From the NCBI GenBank assembly GCA_002269645.1, contig NIVC01004495.1, positions 1 through 44,139 of the forward strand: 44,139 nt of DNA, read 5' to 3'. Source of the stretch: Macrostomum lignano. Lineage: Eukaryota. This document shows, piece by piece, positions 24,043-36,177 of the stretch. The position numbers were made by a program, and so were the translations under genes. Below the pieces are notes generated by a model. It did no database searches. It was given only the letters and a program-made list of their open reading frames with translations, and had not been told where the DNA came from. The number at the start of each line of letters is the position of its first letter. The stretch's first letter is position 1.

Positions 24043-24214
24043 GACTGACTTAAAGATCGCGTGTGTGAGAGCCGCGAGCCGCTGCCGGAGTGGGACACTG
24101 GAGCTATTTATTGAGATCTTGCTGAACTGGAGCCGGTTTTTTGTATCAGATGTTTCCGATCGATCAGAGGCTGGTTATTCAACTGCAGTCTCATTAAGTA
24201 AAAATGGAAAGGTT
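22147..24214. repeat. Partner of block 7999-10079 (IR-B exons 1-7 plus upstream sequence)
   Basis: Near-identity starts at the last base of exon 7 and ends at ...aaaatggaaaggtt. Confidence 0.95.
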
Positions 24215-24896
24215 CTAACGAGATCAGGCGATTTTCAAGGCAGCATAAGATGGGATGTGTTCTGTACTACATCCTGATGTCTGTCTTTGCAGCCAGAAAG
24301 ATCTCACCTTTTTCGGATAACAAGCTTGAGTCGATTGGGTTTCCAGTTACAGCTATTTAGTCGCGGTGCTGTTGGTCCGGTGGCAAAACACCCGCGGTAG
24401 CAGGGGCTCAGGACTGCTGAGTTCCGCATCTCTATGAAATAGAATCTTCCGCAGGGCTTGGCAACCTTCAAATTGCCTGGCTTCACCTTCGATATCTTAT
24501 TTAATGAGGTTCGCTTCAGCGATCGGGTTTCTCATTGTCCACGCGGGACTTTTCCTTCATCAAACCTAAAGAACGCTGGTTTTTTTATTTTAGTAGTAAC
24601 ATCCAAGGTCACTATTGGTACGAAAGGGTATTTCCTGAAACAACCCCGTAAAAGCAAGAGCTCAAATTAAAGCTAAATTTGGCGCATCGAATGCAAACAG
24701 GGATGCTAGAAATTGGAAAAACTCTTTAAGTAGAAAATATTTTTAAGCTCACGCAGGCGAGACGCAAAGAAAGGGGCGACGGCGCCACGACTTTCGCCAA
24801 AATACTTGTAGTACAGTTATAAAAAGGTAAAAAAAGATTATCCTAGATCATGTGGCTTTTACTTTTTAAGTTTAATAACGTTTTAAGCATCATATA

Positions 24897-25500
24897 GCAC
24901 GCAGAGACAAGCACGCAGAGACAAGCACGCAGAGACAAGCACGCAGAGACAAGCACGCAGAGACAAGCACGCAGAGACAAGCACGCAGAGACAAGCACGC
25001 AGAGACAAGCACGCAGAGACAAGCACGCAGAGACAAGCACGCAGAGACAAGCACGCAGAGACAAGCACGCAGAGACAAGCACGCAGAGACAAGCACGCAG
25101 AGACAAGCACGCAGAGACAAGCACGCAGAGACAAGCACGCAGAGACAAGCACGCAGAGACAAGCACGCAGAGACAAGCACGCAGAGACAAGCACGCAGAG
25201 ACAAGCACGCAGAGACAAGCACGCAGAGACAAGCACGCAGAGACAAGCACGCAGAGACAAGCACGCAGAGACAAGCACGCAGAGACAAGCACGCAGAGAC
25301 AAGCACGCAGAGACAAGCACGCAGAGACAAGCACGCAGAGACAAGCACGCAGAGACAAGCACGCAGAGACAAGCACGCAGAGACAAGCACGCAGAGACAA
25401 GCACGCAGAGACAAGCACGCAGAGACAAGCACGCAGAGACAAGCACGCAGAGACAAGCACGCAGAGACAAGCACGCAGAGACAAGCACGCAGAGACAAGC
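24897..25500. repeat. 14-bp satellite (gcacgcagagacaa), ~43 apparently perfect copies
   Basis: Direct tandem repeat; I saw no variant unit. Confidence 0.97.
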
Positions 25501-26382
25501 GACTCCGCTCGAGAGAGCACGCACGCACGCAGGGCAGAGTAGTGGAGTTTCTACTCAGAATCAGTAACAAACCAACGCAAGAATTGATACAAGAGTTTGA
25601 CGCCACGCAGTTAATGTGAGCGCATTAGCGTCAAAGTATCTGCTGAATGTGTTCTCCGCTGCGATCTCTTTGATCTCATTCACGCTCTCTTTGAACTTGG
25701 AAGATTTTTCTTCAGACGAGCGACAGCCTCTGATTAGTCAGAGCCTGCTGCAAAGTATTTCATAAGAATGTAAAGAAAATTGTTCATAGCCACGGCTTTC
25801 CTTTTATCTTTCGATTGTACGCACTTCCTTCCATGTATTATTGTGAAGCAGAGTTCACCAATATTTGAACACCTTCGGGATAAAGCGGAAGTAGCTACTT
25901 GGTCAAAAAAATATTTTCCTCTGACTGTTTTGTGATTTTTTGGAAGCATTTTCGTAACTTTTTGGGTGTACACGTACCAACTCCTGCGGCGAAAGTGATT
26001 GCGAGTATGCAAAAAGTAATTTAGACGAAGAAAGTTATTGACAACAGGAAAAATAGGTTCTTGAATCAAGACTTTTCCCATTTTTATTTTGCAGTTGATT
26101 TTCACTGTTAAAAAGCAGAAGCAAAAAAACTTTTAATAAGAATTCTTATAGCTGCTTGCCTTCTATGCCTGCTCGGGTGTATTATATGCCTGTAATTCAC
26201 TGTCTGAAAAATAACTTCTGAAGGAAATGTAAGCTTCAGTTGTTTGTGAGAAAATAGTGGCACTTCTAAGGTTCTGGGTGTTGCTTACTATGGCTACCAA
26301 GCTACCAAGCAGGTGTGGTACAGGTGCAATAATGAATAGCCTGTTTTATTATTATTGTGAGTTGCAGATAGAACGGTAGCTA

Positions 26383-29300
26383 TCAAAAACCCGGAAAATC
26401 CAGCGACTCCTTCTTCAACAGCAACACCCAGAGCAGCTCAATCAACAGGATGAGGCCGCCGCACACGTAGAGGCTCAGACTGACGATGTAGGCACCACCA
26501 ACGCCCTCCAGGGGGATGGCCGCAGCCTCAGCAGCTGCGCTGACGGCGGAGCCGCACTCGGCAGTCTGTGGGATGTACTTGCCAGTGATCATGCTCATGA
26601 CGCCGTTCGCTTTGCTTCTCTGAATCCTGAGAAGAATAGTTTGAAAGGAGACTTGGCAAAAAACGAATACGAATTATTGTAGAATTTACAGTACGAAGCA
26701 CTTGCAGATGCAGTCTCACTAGAAGGCAGAACTTCTGTTTCAGGCAAAACTGTCAATTTTATGGTACATAAAGTACGTTCAAATTTTTAAATGATACAAA
26801 TAATGATTTAAAAATTCGAGGTTTGAGGTTTAAAGTTTGCAAGAGACCTATTAATTTAGAGTAAAAGAATAATTGCAGTAATTTTCGAGTGCATGGGGAT
26901 ACTTGTTCACAACTCGCATCCACACATTACTGATCCCTCGTTCCCACTTACAGGAAGTCAAAGGCAGGCAGGTAGTATGCATCCTGTGGGAAGGCCATAG
27001 CCAGGTAATATGTGTTGAAGTAGTTCTCTGCGTTGTAGATCTCGCTGCAGAGCTCGTTAGCGTAGAACAAACTGATGCTGAGGTCCGATATGCACACCAG
27101 GTATGGGTCCGGCATCCTCACCAACTGAAGTTGGGTTGGTATATTTTGCAAATGTAGATCAGAAAAAATTGAGTACAAGTACCTTCCTTGCCTAAGTCTA
27201 ACTCTTAATCCTCATCAGTTATATGTAATTACATTGGTAGCGCAGGTGTCGAAGGAGTCAACCACCATCCATTGCTTGCGCAGTTGCAGCAGCGGCCCCT
27301 CTGTGGCGCTCAGCACAGCAGCGTAAATGTTGGTGCCTCTGGGCAGCATGGCCTTGTAGTGCGGTTTGGAGATGAGATCGTCCAAGCTCTGGATTGGGTA
27401 CTTGGCTACAGTCACTGCCAGCTTGGCCGTGAGGTCCCCTGAGCAGTGCCGAAGAGCGGTTCTTATGATCGCAAAAAACGCAAGTTACAAGCAATCAGAA
27501 ACAATAAAAAAATAGCTAAGCAAGTTCTATTATATTTTGCCTGAGTTTTGACTCGAGCAGTTAATCTACGCCATAAAACACACTTGCTTGTAAAAATTGT
27601 CAAACTCCGATTTTGAAAGTCTATAAAACATCTCAAAAGTGTAGAGACAGTGACCGGAAGGCCGACTCACCAGTGTAGGTAGCAAAAATGATAACGGTGA
27701 GCATCCACCAGAAAGCCAATACTGTCCGAGGGCTCATGGCAAACGGATAAAAGTCCTGGCCCTGCTGCAGGAAGCTGCCCACTGTCGACCAGATGTACTC
27801 CTTGAGCCAGACCTCGTCAGCAAAAGCGAAGGGCAAGTTCAAGTTCCAGCCAGTGAATGGACTCAGCCGAGCTAACCCGTAGATAAGGAGCGGTACGGCC
27901 AGGAACATGGCCACAATGAGAGTCCAGGAGTCCCAGGAGAGCGGCGCAAACACATTCCACAGCTTGGACTCGGCCATAGGCCTTTTCACCAGGATGGTGT
28001 TTGAGGAGAAAAGGAATTCTTCTGAATAGTCGATCACCTTCGATCGGATTGTCGTGATGGCGAATGGTGTGGCGAAGTCGGCCTCCTAAATGTGATTTGA
28101 GGAACATTTCAGAATGACAAGCTTGTCGAAATAATTGGTTAGTCTGGGCTACTCACGCCTTTCTGCACCATACCGATGCAGCCTGTAAAGTACGGAGAGC
28201 CAGGAGACGGGGCGCCAAACTGGTTGTCCGGTGGCGTAAAGATCGAGTAGCTGAAAAATTAATGTTTAACTCTCTAACTAAATTATTTGATGTCTAGACA
28301 AAAGCCCCAGCATTTATTTAAAGTAAATCAATCGTACGTGAAGTTGAGATGCTTCGAAAAGAACGCAGCCAAATCGGCTGTAATGCCAGAAGCATTGCCC
28401 ACTAACCCGCCGGAGTACATGGTGTAGGGCTTCGACTGAAAATGAAAAACTATTTTAGGACTAAAGAGATAACCGAAATTTTTCATTTCTTTGCTCTTCC
28501 ACCTACCGCGACAGCGCAAATCCGAATAGTCTTGTTCTTAAAGTCGATAAACGTGTTGGGGAAGATTAGGCTCCGACCTTTGTAGCGGAAGCTGACCTCT
28601 AAAGAGCCGTTCCCTACAAAGAAACGGCCGCTGTTGACGAACCGGACCGGGTCGGAGAACTCGTCGTGGAACGTCGCCTGCACCTCCAGAAAGTAGTCGC
28701 TGGGTGTCCAGCTGCTCCCAGCTGACAGCGGCTGTCGCAGCTACAAAGGTGAACGGTTTCGACTGAGCAGACTGAGAAAGAGGACATCATCCATGAGCAC
28801 CTGTTTCGGTACGATCCGTACCTGCTTCAGCTGCGCAGCCAGTGCGGGACCCGCCGACCACGGCTGCAACGGCCGACACGACGCGTTGCTGGCAGGAAGA
28901 CCGGAACTGTCCAGTAGGCTCTGCGTAGCGCTGGCGAACGACAGCACGGCCTCTACTGCCTTCATCTCCAGCATCTACAGTCATGATCAGAGTCTGGGGC
29001 TGGTGACAGCGCCTAGAATCTATTGCAGAAGTGTGTAAATAAAAGCTTACCGAGTATTTGCTCATTTGGCAGTCCGGAAACACGGCCTTGAGCTGTGAGG
29101 TGCAACCGGCTGAGGCCGTTTTCAAGTCTATGGGCGACTCTCGGATCACAAGAATGTTTGCAGACTCGTTTGTAGGGAGCAGGTCCTCGATGGACACAAG
29201 TCGAACTCCCGTGTCGATCACTGTCCAGAAGTAGTTGAGTTTCAGTGTGCCCGTGTTCCGAGCCTGTGTTGAGAAAGGCTCTAATGAATTAACATGCTCT

Positions 29301-30720
29301 TAGTGAATGCCAGGATAGGTATAAAGTGTGCCAAAAACAATTATGAATTCGCACCTCTCGTAAAACGGCGTCGACATTTTCAGGCGTGCACAGAACCAAT
29401 GTGTTGCGATAACGCTTCCAAACGACGTTTCTCAGTATGCTGGTCAGGTTGCTTGCTGAGTCATCGATTTGGAAAGTCAGGCTGGGGATGCTTTTATCCG
29501 ATAGCAATTGCTGCAGCTTCTCCAGAAGACGGTGATCTGCAATCAGATTAGAGAGCTTGTGAGACTCACACTGCAAAGCTGTACGTGCACCTTTGTGACT
29601 TACCTTGATACTTATCGTAAAAGACAACGACGGCCTTTTGCTCGAGCCGACTCACGATTGTCGCAGCAGCTTCCAGGAAACTTCCGACGTCCGGGTTCGA
29701 GATTAGAGTCACGGCTGCAAAATTGTGAGGAATGCAAACTCTTTAACTGACTGTTTCATGGAGCACATGTCATAAAGACAAAGATTGATAAATATCATTA
29801 CGATTGGTATTGTTGATGAAGCAGAGGTCGCGAAAGACAGCGACTGCCGGCACGCTGATTGAGGTGGAGACGGCCAGAACGTCGGTCACGAAGGCGCAGG
29901 AGCCCACGGCGACTACTCCGTGCAGGCCGGGTGTGTTGCACACTGGAATTTTTTTTTCAGTCTTCATAGAAAACTGCACCTATGCAAATTTTGTTTGCCT
30001 GTGGCTTGGTGACAGTGACAGATTTATTGACCATACTCGTACGTTGCTAGACATGCTACTTGTAGTGTGACAAATCGTTTTGCTCGGTTTGGATTATGTT
30101 TTAAACTGGCATTTATGGAAGTGTCTAGACTTATGTGCCTTGAATTACGCTTGTAGCTAATCTGTCTGTATTGTTAAGTTTTAAATCGAAAAAGAATGTG
30201 TTGAAGATATAAAACCGAGGCAGGTGCAAAACAACTGGTAGTGTAGTGCATCTTGGTTTCTAATGTGTATCGAAATCTGACTCTCCTCAGGAGTCTCTGA
30301 CTTTAAAGCGGAAATGATATTAGCAATATTCTGATGGCCTAGTTTAATCGCTCAGTAAATATTTAGATTTGTAGATTTGAGCGATTAAGGAGATAAGCTA
30401 CAAGGTTATCTCCTTATCCGAGCGACAGAACCACAACGCCTCATCTGAAAAGCTTATTAGTAATAAGACCAACCAGTTCGCATAGCCTCGACAGCATCGC
30501 TGGCCTGAACAAAGACGTGCGTCATGGGGTTTGTCTTGAATGCCGTCAGCTTCCAGTAGTTGTTGATGAGCAGGTCGATGGCTCGGCCCACGGCCAAGTC
30601 TCCAATGCTGCCGTTCTGAGCGACCACCGCCAGTTTGACGGCTCCTGCGCAGGTGGACAGCGCGAGGAGAGCGCAGAGCGGCGCGGCGACAGCTCGGAAG
30701 CTGGCGTGCCAAGCGGTCAT
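26383..30720 (-). CDS. IR-C: iGluR/IR-like subunit with ATD, 13 exons, ~836 aa, frame intact
   Basis: Exons 30720-30474, 29942-29802, 29714-29604, 29536-29355, 29263-29051, 28974-28822, 28740-28507, 28435-28338, 28250-28157, 28085-27671, 27438-27233, 27124-26952, 26626-26383. The sum is 2511 nt, in frame. Confidence 0.92.
28517..29951. repeat. ~1.43-kb block (IR-C exons 2-7 with introns) nearly identical to 38240-39674 of IR-D
   Basis: Direct comparison. Exon 1 (30474-30689 vs 39817-40040) is also nearly identical, but intron 1 is unrelated. Confidence 0.93.
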
Positions 30721-31589
30721 CTCACTGGCTGGACTGAAGGACGGGGGACTCTGTAGCCGGAAAACAAAACTTGGTCAGCCTCCCCCGCAAAATCCTCTCG
30801 CTTAAATATGCGCCAATGTTTATCCGTGATTGGCGAAGCTGTGGCCGGTTGAGTCAAGCGTTTGTGATAATTCCAAATTTGATTGCTTCTTATTTGCGAG
30901 AATCAAAATGACCCGATTATCGGATTGGTGCAAGCTTACATTGATTCGTCACTTAGACTTTGCTAAGCCCCATAGAACCTGAGCTGTCAGTCAATATTCC
31001 CTGTCTCGAAGTCACATCGCTTCGCAACGCCGAGCTGCTGGGCTCAGCTTTTCTATTGAATTCAGCAGGTCATTAGCGCCGCTGCTCCGTCTATGGATCA
31101 ATAATCTGCTCACAGCTCACCTTCATATCTGATTTCCGTGAAGATAATGAGGCTTCGAGAGTTGAATAGCAATCGAAGAAGACTTCCGATGGATAGTTAT
31201 TGATCTCCCACAGCCCTAGCCCGTTTTTTATGATGAGGTACTTGTTTGCTTTACTCAATCAGTTATAAAAGTTTTCTGACTCTACCTCCAGCTTTCTAAT
31301 GGCCGGAAGTCAATATTTTCTCAGCTTTCCCTTCGCACGTCAATAAAGCTCGGTTATAAATAAATCTATCCATTCTTTGGCTAGATTGTGCTTCATTGCT
31401 CATCTGTGGCTGTTTTTGCTTTTAAAGTTGAGAATAATTCTTATTGAAGCCGGATTTCTACCTAGGTTTACTTTAATTACAGGTTAATTACAGATTTTTG
31501 ATGCACCCTTTTCGATTCAATTAGTCACATCAGCGTTTGCGACTAACTTCGTCAAGCCATTCATTTAAACCGCATTGTCGGCTGATTTT

Positions 31590-33260
31590 CCATGCAAGAA
31601 TGGCATTCTTGCACTCTTTTGCGTGCAAGAATGGATGTCTATGGTAAAATCTCACTGAAAAAGCATTAGGCGCAGAAATGCATTCCTGCACGGTTTTGTG
31701 CATTCCTGCACGATGAATCATCCGACAATGGAATTCCTTCACGTTCACTCGTGCGTGAAGGACATCGTGCACTCGTGCGCTAGCGCGCACTCGTGCAGAT
31801 GTCATTCCCGCACTCGTGACCGTGCAGGAATATAGCATTCTTATTTGATTCTGCGTGCAGGATTGCTGATCTGGCACGCCCAAGCGTGCAGAATTGATGT
31901 TGTCTATGGCAAATTATCCTTTAGGTCTAATGCATCTTACGTGCAGGATTGCAATTTATTTTTAGACAACAAGAAAACAACGAGTGAAAATTGGTTAATA
32001 TCATTACTATTTTTTCGCTTGCGATCAGATGCTACTCAAATACAAATTCAATGACGTTGGTGTCACCATTGGCTCGAATCTTCAAATTCTTCCGATTTTC
32101 CGGAATAACTCGCACACAGCGCACCGAGCCCGACGTAGGATCATTGATAACGTCAACTAGGTCACTTGCCTCAGTGCCTACAACTTGAGGGTCGGCCGTA
32201 GTAGCCACCTCCACGGCAGCCGTTAGTTGATGGCTCATAGCACAGATCGCTTGCTCTCGTTTATTCCCTCGTCGAATGTAGCGCTCGACGGATGCACCTC
32301 GCTTGTGGCCAGTCACTTTAGCGATAGTTTCGACATTAAATCCAGCGTCGTGAAGTTCTGTGATTACAGTTGCACGCACACAATGCGCAGTGTATGGCTT
32401 GGACAATCCGGCGGACGTAGAAATTTTCTTCATCAGAGGCCCAAGGGTGTTGACTCCTACTGCACTCTTGCTGTACGAGCTCGTACCACTTACCAGATGA
32501 ACGAAAGTTAGCGTTTGGTCGCAGAAAGAAGTCCACTCCGTTCCATCCTTCAACTTCGGTGACCTTTTGCTTGTACAGTCTGAACGCCTCAACTGGGCAT
32601 TTGGCAGAATCTCCCTTTGACACCATCAACGCTTGCTTGTTGTCAACCATGACGGCGACGCTGGTAGAACCATGTAGATTCTTTGAATCTCCCTGAACAA
32701 GCTCAATCGCGTAGAGTCCATTGGCGAGCCGCTTCTCACAAAACCGATCAAACCTCAAACCACGCAACCATTCACGGCCTCTATTCCCATAGTAATAAAT
32801 GACGTTAAAGTATACTTCCTCTTGAAGACGCACCGGATTCGACCGATCGAAGTATTTACCGAGCTTCTTCAGGTCGTCACTCTCAATAGCATCGTAGTGC
32901 TTCACTCTTCCTCCAGATCGAAGGAAAGCGTTGCAAATGTTTTTATAGTGGCAACTAGCTTTCAATTGTAATCTCCTTTCGTTACCCCCTCCCCTCTTCA
33001 TCTCCAGCGTGCAAGATTGATTTTGTCTATGGTTAAAATGTGGGGGCTTCGCCCCCACGCCCCCAGCGGGGCTCTGCCCCCGCACCCCCGCTAGCAGCGG
33101 GTAATGTCTATAGTAATATCAATTATAACCTCCTTTTTTGGGCAGAATTTAAAATGGAAGAATCAAATAAGAATGAGATTCATGCACGCCAACTCGTGCG
33201 TCTATGGCAAAGAGCACTCGTGCGCTTCGCGCACTCGTGCTTTTGCCAATGACGCACTCG
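31590..33260 (-). mobile_element. Crypton-like tyrosine-recombinase (YR) DNA transposon; boundaries approximate
   Basis: YR ORF bracketed by clusters of cactcgtg and tgtctatgg motifs; no long terminal inverted repeats seen. Confidence 0.7.
32032..33001 (-). pseudogene. Tyrosine recombinase (Crypton/DUF3504-type), frameshifted by a 10-bp insertion at ~32477-32486; ~319 aa if repaired
   Basis: Overlapping ORFs 32336-33085 and 32032-32592 give EDLKKL-like DDLKKL, YGNRGRE (R), DSKN (K), CPVEAFRLY, YTAHCVRAT (HxxR), VTGHK (H) and SVERY (Y). Confidence 0.85.
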
Positions 33261-33524
33261 TTAGCGTTCAAGAATCCTAACAGTGTGAGCCACACTTGGG
33301 TTCAAATATAATAACCCCCCCCCCCAGATTTGCTGTCTATGGCGTAAAGAATGGCTGAGGATGCGTTTCTAGGCCGAGGCGAACAAGCCAAAGAAACAAA
33401 TCTGGGGGTGTAACTTCAAATGGGGCTTTTGGGGGAAACAAAATAGGCTTCTCTATGGGCAAACCAATGTGAGAAATGAAGAGACTAGAAATGGATTTCG
33501 GCAAAACTGCCTTAACTTTCGCCT

Positions 33525-33920
33525 ATGACTCATGTGCTATCTAAGGAACTATTCATGGCTCATGTGCTATCTAAGGAACTATTCATGGCTCATGTGCTAT
33601 CTAAGGAACTATCCATGGCTCATGTGCTATCTAAGGAACTATTCATGGCTCATGTGCTATCTAAGGAACTATCCATGGCTCATGTGCTATCTAAGGAACT
33701 ATTCATGGCTCATGTGCTATCTAAGGAACTATTCATGGCTCATGTGCTATCTAAGGAACTATTCATGGCTCATGTGCTATCTAAGGAACTATTCATGGCT
33801 CATGTGCTATCTAAGGAACTATTCATGGCTCATGTGCTATCTAAGGAACTATTCATGGCTCATGTGCTATCTAAGGAACTATCCATGGCTCATGTGCTAT
33901 CTAAGGAACTATTCATGGCT
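33525..33920. repeat. 30-bp minisatellite (atggctcatgtgctatctaaggaactattc), ~13 copies
   Basis: Direct tandem repeat. Confidence 0.95.
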
Positions 33921-34813
33921 ACTGCTGCTGAAATTAAACGCAGTGCCCCTTTTTAGTGGCACACGATCTTATTCCATGTATTAGTATGTTCGATCAATGG
34001 ACAAAATCAAACGCTAAAGTGGCGAATTCAATAGCAAAAAGGTATAATAGTGCGCATCCATTCTGCCCTGCAGTCTGTGTTTTTAATCTTGACTTGTTCA
34101 GCAGCTTCTTTTGCTAACGAAATTTCTTGATTTGTTTCGTCATGGTGTGGCTAAGAATTCTGCCTGGTAAATGAAGGCCAAAAGAAATACCATTAAAAAG
34201 TTATTTTTGCGATGCGCCAATTAATTTAGATACATTGAACAAAAGCGAAATCGTTTGACAATGAAAATTTTCTTGGATGGACTTCAGTGAGTGCTGAGCG
34301 GTTCGTTCAATGGTCAAAATTCTTCTCTGGGGGATTAACCTAAAAAATCTAAATCGAAGAAGAAAACGCTTCTGCTTTATAATTATTAGGAGTTCGCATC
34401 GCAAACAAAGAACTATTTTTAACATTTGAGTCATAGGCTGTTGTTTTTCAACACAGCTTCAAAGTAGCTAAGTCCAACGCAGTTGTAGAAAACTTATTGC
34501 GCTTTCAATGGAGACCAAGTATTCAAGAATCGGTTGCGCCTTTTCGATTTTGTTAAAGCTTGAGAGAAATGCTAAATTTGTTATATTTGTCAGCTTGGCA
34601 TTTTTAAAGCAAATTCAGACAAAACTGAATGGCTTGGATTGGCCCGGTTGCTCGAACAATTCAAGTATAAGCAAGGTACTGTAGACGGCTCATTCCTCCC
34701 CAGCAGAGCACGAAGGAGAGATTACAGCAGCTTGGGGACAGAATCTAACGGCCTACAGTTTAGAATTAAAACTTTGATTTATTGTCAAATTTGTCCTCCA
34801 GAAAATTTACCGT

Positions 34814-35452
34814 TTGCCTCAAGCACTCAAACACTCGGCTACCTGATGCAGGGTTGCCTCAAGCACTCAAACACTCGGCTACCTGATGCAGGGTTGCCTC
34901 AAGCACTCAAACACTCGGTTACCGGATGCAGGGTTGCCTCAAGCACTCAAACACTCGGTTAACGGATGCAGGGTTGCCTCAAGCACTCAAACACTCGGCT
35001 ACCTGATGCAGGGTTGCCTCAAGCACTCAAACACTCGGTTAACGGATGCAGGGTTGCCTCAAGCACTCAAACACTCGGCTACCTGATGCAGGGTTGCCTC
35101 AAGCACTCAAACACTCAGTTACCTGATGCAGGGTTGCCTCAAGCACTCAAACACTCGGTTACCTGATGCAGGGTTGCCTCAAGCACTCAAACACTCGGTT
35201 ACCTGATGCAGGGTTGCCTCAAGCACTCAAACGCTCGGTTACCTGATGAAGGGTTGCCTCAAGCACTCAAACACTCGGTTACCGGATGCAGGGTTGCCTC
35301 AAGCACTCAAACACTCGGTTGCCGGATGCAGGGTTGCCTCAAGCACTCAAACACTCGGTTACCTGATGCAGGGTTGCCTCAAGCACTCAAACACTCGGTT
35401 ACCTGATGCAGGGTTGCCTCAAGCACTCAAACACTCGGTTACCTGATGCAGG
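34814..35452. repeat. 40-bp minisatellite (acctgatgcagggttgcctcaagcactcaaacactcggtt), ~16 copies
   Basis: Direct tandem repeat with few variants. Confidence 0.95.
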
Positions 35453-35479
35453 ACAGTTATCGCAAGAAGGATCATCTTG

Positions 35480-35750
35480 CTACGCCCCTTACACATAGGA
35501 GAGTCTCCAGCGCTTCTGGTGTGGTCGGCGCAAGATGCAGCCAAATGCCGATATGCCAGCCCGGGTCTCTGGCCGACATCAGCTCAGGACAGTTAGCGTC
35601 GTGAGCGCACGCCCATGGTATACCGTAACAGCCTGTGCGAACGCATCCAGAGCTTGCTGTCGAGTATCGGCTATAAAGACAGCCTTCATGCCATACCGGT
35701 AAAGCAGTACCAGCTCTGCTGCAGCATGGAGAATGCGCAGCCGCCGCATC
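35480..35750 (-). mobile_element. Decayed RTE-like LINE RT C-terminal fragment
   Basis: Minus frame IKMRRLRILHAAAELVLLYRYGMK...RQQALDAF resembles the RTE motif KLRIFRA.VESVLLYG.E.W......LD.F, with stops. Confidence 0.5.
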
Positions 35751-36177
35751 TTTATCTCTCAGTGCATGTTTCAAATTTGAGACTTCATGCCTGACCATTC
35801 TATAATTAATCAATGCACCAATCGAATGCTTGAATCCGATTGAAACCTTACACTGCTGAGAAACCACGCTTTGGACGGACGTTTACTTGGGAACTTTAAA
35901 ATCAATTACCAATTATCAATTAGCAGATGTTGATTGCCAAATGTTCGTAAACATCGGTCTTGGTAGCAACGAAAACTTGCGATGACCCTCACTTGATGTA
36001 TTTGATGTAGAAAGCTACGGGGCGTGGGATAAAATAGCATATCGCACCCGTCATCAAGTCAGACCGGATTTTGCTATCAAATAAAAAGAGCTCAGCAAAT
36101 TCATTGATATTTCGGTAGGAGTAGTTTGGTAGGAGCATCGTTGCAGTTCAACTGAGTATTTTACTCGTATTTTTTAA

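Noticed and set aside
7999-24214. A and B (or C and D) as two haplotypes of one gene assembled in tandem
   Set aside because: Their 3' halves, introns 7-12 and flanks are unrelated or deeply diverged, which allelic copies would not be. A chimeric join is still worth excluding with long reads.
24843-25606. Long ORFs of 213-238 aa ([14 protein letters not shown] repeats)
   Set aside because: They are translations of the 14-bp satellite. The same applies to ORFs at 19793-20188, 33525-33984, 34886-35446 and 36189-36395.
25734-26105. 123-aa minus-strand ORF in the B-C spacer
   Set aside because: AT-rich, no codon bias, no motif and no splice support.
31590-33260. The recombinase as a dedicated shuffler of the receptor array (V(D)J-like system)
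   Set aside because: I saw none of its repeat motifs at the ATD/LBD boundaries or tract ends, the ORF is broken, and ordinary gene conversion explains the pattern.
17450-35452. 43-, 40-, 36- and 30-bp repeat arrays as CRISPR arrays
   Set aside because: The units are head-to-tail with no unique spacers, there are no cas genes, and the context is eukaryotic.
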